Of a stretch of DNA of 64,000 nt, positions 60,523-64,000 are shown in pieces. Position 1 is the stretch's first letter. The number at the start of each line of letters is the position of its first letter. The notes beneath the pieces are model-generated. The model did not search any database, was not told the DNA's origin, and worked only from the letters and a program-made list of their open reading frames with translations. A program made the translations under genes and the position numbers. This DNA comes from Candidatus Sericytochromatia bacterium (GTDB taxonomy: Bacteria; Cyanobacteriota; Sericytochromatia; UBA7694): positions 7,778-71,777 of the forward strand of contig JADMKE010000008.1 of NCBI GenBank assembly GCA_018780035.1, in the 5' to 3' direction.

Positions 60523-62780
60523 CCCAAACAGAACCCGAAACACAACCCGAAGCAGAGTCCGAAAAAAAAGCCTCTCTGCTGCGCCAGGGCTTAAACAGCC
60601 TGGCCAACAATGTCTTGAATCATCCCCGGCGCTGGCTCTGGGGCTGGATCTTGGTTCTGTTGATCGCTCTGCCCGGTTTTTTGCAGGTCAAACAATTTCT
60701 GGTGGGCGGCAATGGCGGCGTCACCCAATCTCAGGCCCTGCACACCAAAGACCTCATTGAGCAGCGCTTTGACTTTCCGTTTATTAACAGCTATTTAATT
60801 GTGGTTGAAAACAAAAATTTCAAACTCGAAGACCCGCGTTTTGAACGCGCCATTCAGCGCTTGCAGGCCGTGGTCAACACCTTTGAGGATACCCAAGGGA
60901 TGGAGACCTGGTACCGCAGCCGCGATCCGCTGCTGCGCAACAAGGCGGGCACCCGCACCTTTTTGCTGGTGGGCCAAGAGCCCGAAGCCAGCCAAAAACT
61001 CGAATTGCGCACAGGTGAGATGCGCGCAGCTTTAAGCCCATTGGTGACCGAATTAAAACAAGCGGGCTTTGAGATTTTTCTCACGGGCATGAACGCCGTG
61101 ATTTATGATATCAACCTGATCACCACGGCCAGTACCGAAGCGGCTGAAAAACAGGTCTTTGGCCTGACCCTCTTGATTCTCTTGCTGGCCTTTGGCTCAT
61201 TTACAGGGGCACTGCTGCCACTGTTGATGGCGATTGTCTCGATGTTGATCAGTCTCTCGATTGTGGCGGTGATTGCCCGTTTTACGATGGTTTCGACCTA
61301 TGCCCAGAGTATTTCTTCGATGATTGGCCTGGCTGTGGGCATCGACTACGCGCTGCTGCTGGTCTGGCGTCTGCGCCAAGAGCGCGAAAAGGGCCAAGAA
61401 CTCAAACTGGCTTTACACCAAACAATCCTGACCGCCGGCAAATCCGTGATTTTTGCCGGGGGCACCTTTTTGATTGGCCTGGCCGGGCTGTTTTTCAGCG
61501 GGATTACGGCCCTTTTTTCGATTGGTCTGGGTGGCATTTTGGTGGTGATGGTGAGTGTCACCGCTTCACTCACCCTCTTGCCCGCCCTGCTGCTGGTACT
61601 CGGGCCCTGGCTGGATTTTCCCAAAACTCTCGCCACACGCTTGCAAAACCTGCGGCCATCCAGGCTCTGGAAGCCCCTCTCATACCATGTCATGCGCCAC
61701 CCTTGGGTCTATGGAACAGGCGCGCTGGCCATTGTGCTGGCCCTGAGCAGCCCGGCGCTCAAATTGCAAATTCGCCAATTTGACATGCCCAATTTGCCTG
61801 CCCGCTTGGAGTCCAAACAGGGCTTTGATCTCCTGACGCAAATGGAGGTCTCGGGCATGATGATCCCGCTGTTTTTGGTCTTTGAAAGCGATCAACCCAG
61901 CATTCTCAACCCCGAAGATCTCCACGAATTGCGGCGGGTACACGCCCAACTCCAGGCCAATCCGCTGATTGAACGGGTCACCAGTTTGGCCTCGCCTTTG
62001 CAAGAACACCCCGATCTGGCCGGGCAATTCCCACTGATGCGCCTGATCGCCCCAGATCTCTTTCAAATGCTGCTCAGCCGCGATCAGCAATTGACCCTGA
62101 TGCAGGTCGTGCCCAAACGCCTGTTTGACTTTGACGAAATGGTCAATCTCTGTGCCGAGCTGCGCAAAACCCTGGGCCCCGAACTCAAGAGACAGGGCCT
62201 GACCCTGCATATTGGCGGCCCTGCCGCACTCACCCTGGACTATAACGAGGCGACCTTCAGCCACAGCCCGCAGATCTTGCTCGGGGTGGTGGTTTTGACC
62301 TGGATTGTCTTGCTGATTTCGCTGAGGTCTTGGTTTATCGCGCTCAAGGCGATTCTGCTCAATCTCTGCTCGGTGGCTGTGAGTTATGGCGTGATCACCC
62401 TGATCTTTCAAGAAGGACTCATTCCCGCGATTGCTCCCCAGGCGATCATGGCCTATGTGCCACTTTTGCTCTTTTGTCTGATCTTTGGCCTTTCAATTGA
62501 CTACGAGGTCTTTCTGATGACCCGCATCCGCGAGGCCTACGAAAGCGGTGAGAGCAATGAAGAGGCCACGGCCACAGGCATTCGCGCCACGGGTGACGTG
62601 ATCACCTATGCCGCTTTGATCATGGGGCTGGTCTTTGGGGCCTTTACCCAGGTCGAGATCAGCATTATCAAACAGCTGGGCTTTGGCTTGGCCACCGCCA
62701 TTTTGATCGATGCCACCCTGATCCGCATGGTGCTGGTGCCCGCTTTTATGAAAATCGGCGGGCGTTGGAACTGGCGCTGA
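60519..62780 (+). CDS. MMPL family transporter
   Basis: IGLAVGIDYAL, FGLSIDYEVFLMTRIRE, DATLIRMVLVPA. ATGA overlap with the GT gene. Confidence 0.92.
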   Translation: MTQTEPETQPEAESEKKASLLRQGLNSLANNVLNHPRRWLWGWILVLLIALPGFLQVKQFLVGGNGGVTQSQALHTKDLIEQRFDFPFINSYLIVVENKNFKLEDPRFERAIQRLQAVVNTFEDTQGMETWYRSRDPLLRNKAGTRTFLLVGQEPEASQKLELRTGEMRAALSPLVTELKQAGFEIFLTGMNAVIYDINLITTASTEAAEKQVFGLTLLILLLAFGSFTGALLPLLMAIVSMLISLSIVAVIARFTMVSTYAQSISSMIGLAVGIDYALLLVWRLRQEREKGQELKLALHQTILTAGKSVIFAGGTFLIGLAGLFFSGITALFSIGLGGILVVMVSVTASLTLLPALLLVLGPWLDFPKTLATRLQNLRPSRLWKPLSYHVMRHPWVYGTGALAIVLALSSPALKLQIRQFDMPNLPARLESKQGFDLLTQMEVSGMMIPLFLVFESDQPSILNPEDLHELRRVHAQLQANPLIERVTSLASPLQEHPDLAGQFPLMRLIAPDLFQMLLSRDQQLTLMQVVPKRLFDFDEMVNLCAELRKTLGPELKRQGLTLHIGGPAALTLDYNEATFSHSPQILLGVVVLTWIVLLISLRSWFIALKAILLNLCSVAVSYGVITLIFQEGLIPAIAPQAIMAYVPLLLFCLIFGLSIDYEVFLMTRIREAYESGESNEEATATGIRATGDVITYAALIMGLVFGAFTQVEISIIKQLGFGLATAILIDATLIRMVLVPAFMKIGGRWNWR

Positions 62781-62966
62781 GCCAGTATTAAAGGCTCAGA
62801 ACACATTTTCCACTGCCGCAACAGACAACAAATTGAGCTGTTTTTCTGGAAGCTTGATTTTTTTAAATGTATGATATACACTTTATTTACAATCCAATAA
62901 AAATATTGTATGGTATTGCTAGCAAATTAATCAGCCAATGAAAATGATGGGGGTCTTTATTCAAAA

Positions 62967-64000
62967 ATGAAAAATTCCAAACTATATACGGGTTTGCTGT
63001 GCTTGAGCTTGATTTTGGCCAACGGTTGTACTGGGGCAAAAGTGACTGATTCTGGCTTCTTTATTCCAAAACCCAACAAGACCCCTGAACCAAGACCCAT
63101 TATGACACCACTTCCTCAGACTTCAGCGTCTCCCCAAGCTTCAGCCAACCCAGGAAGCAGCCCATCGCCATCTCCCTCGGCAACCCCTTCTGGCAATTCG
63201 ACAGAAAGTGGGCCAAAAGAAATCCGTGTGGCAGCAGAATTGCAGACCAAACTCTCTCAAGCATTGGAATTAAAGAGCGAGCCGCTGGCCTTGAGTGGAG
63301 AGGTCGTATCTGCTGACGGAAAGGTCTTAGAACAAGCAATCTGGACAGTCAGTGACAGCACTATTGCTGAAATCAAAGAAGGAAAACTCTCTCCCCTCAA
63401 AGACGGTCAAATCACCCTCAAAGCATCCTCGAGCAAAGATCCCGATCTTTGGCGCATTTTCTTTATTCGCATCGGAACGCCAGAAGTTCCCCTGACAGAT
63501 GCGACCCCTGCCAGTGGCTCCTATTCAAGTGCTCAGTATGAATCTCTGATCACTAAAATGGGAGAGATCTCCAGCTACGGAAAGTATCTGTTTGTGCCCG
63601 ACCAAACCAAGAATCAAATCAATGTACTGGATACCTCCACAGGTAAAATCACAAAAAAAATTGGGGTTTCACCCGATCCCCAGGCCACAGAAATCAATCC
63701 AAATGGCACCCGCCTTTACGTAGGCAGCAAAACCAGCAACAATGTGGATGTGATTGATCTCAATAGCATGGAAAAGATCGAAAGCATTTCTGTGGCATCC
63801 CCCGTTTTTGATATTGAAGTGGATAGCTCTCAATTGTATGTTTCTTATGAAGGTACAAATGAGGCCCAAGAGATCTACAATCTCACAAGCAAAACAAAAA
63901 CAGCCTCTTTGCCAACCACAACAAAAGGCAAAGCTTATTTGCAGTTGAGCTCCGATAATTTTTTATATGTCGGCAACACAACTTACTCTGTTGTCTTGTA
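62967..64000 (+). CDS. Lipoprotein with an Ig-like (Big_2) domain and YVTN-type beta-propeller, partial
   Basis: Not in the ORF track. Manual translation gives MKNSKLYTGLLCLSLILANGC, WTVSDSTIAEIKEG, and PNGTRLYVGSKTSNNVDVIDL. Runs off the right edge. Confidence 0.8.
   Translation, partial: MKNSKLYTGLLCLSLILANGCTGAKVTDSGFFIPKPNKTPEPRPIMTPLPQTSASPQASANPGSSPSPSPSATPSGNSTESGPKEIRVAAELQTKLSQALELKSEPLALSGEVVSADGKVLEQAIWTVSDSTIAEIKEGKLSPLKDGQITLKASSSKDPDLWRIFFIRIGTPEVPLTDATPASGSYSSAQYESLITKMGEISSYGKYLFVPDQTKNQINVLDTSTGKITKKIGVSPDPQATEINPNGTRLYVGSKTSNNVDVIDLNSMEKIESISVASPVFDIEVDSSQLYVSYEGTNEAQEIYNLTSKTKTASLPTTTKGKAYLQLSSDNFLYVGNTTYSVVL

Overview
A 64-kb bacterial chromosomal window, mostly about 50-60% GC by eye. 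The many lipoproteins with Pro/Ser/Thr-rich linkers make an uncultured lineage such as Sericytochromatia a plausible but unverified guess. Housekeeping content: aceE-aceF-lpdA, pfkA, mtnA, a MarR-MFP-RND efflux operon, and glycosyltransferase, MMPL, TPR and peptidase genes. Two regions stand out. (1) A low-GC island after lpdA (about 9700-16520) has a near-consensus promoter carrying five copies of a CAACAAAT motif. It drives three translationally coupled genes: a divergent RelA/SpoT-type synthetase, a P-loop ATPase, and a second ATPase-wHTH protein with a very AT-rich helical-repeat region. ISKra4/IS1 remnants close the island. It is a candidate anti-phage system. (2) A roughly 750-nt, apparently non-coding, purine-rich element between pfkA and a lipoprotein gene (about 24300-25067) has its own promoter, terminator, 5'/3' closing helix and many GNRA-capped hairpins. 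It also contains a motif repeated every 70-90 nt and is a candidate large modular structured ncRNA. All calls come from reading the sequence and recognising motifs; no database searches were run.
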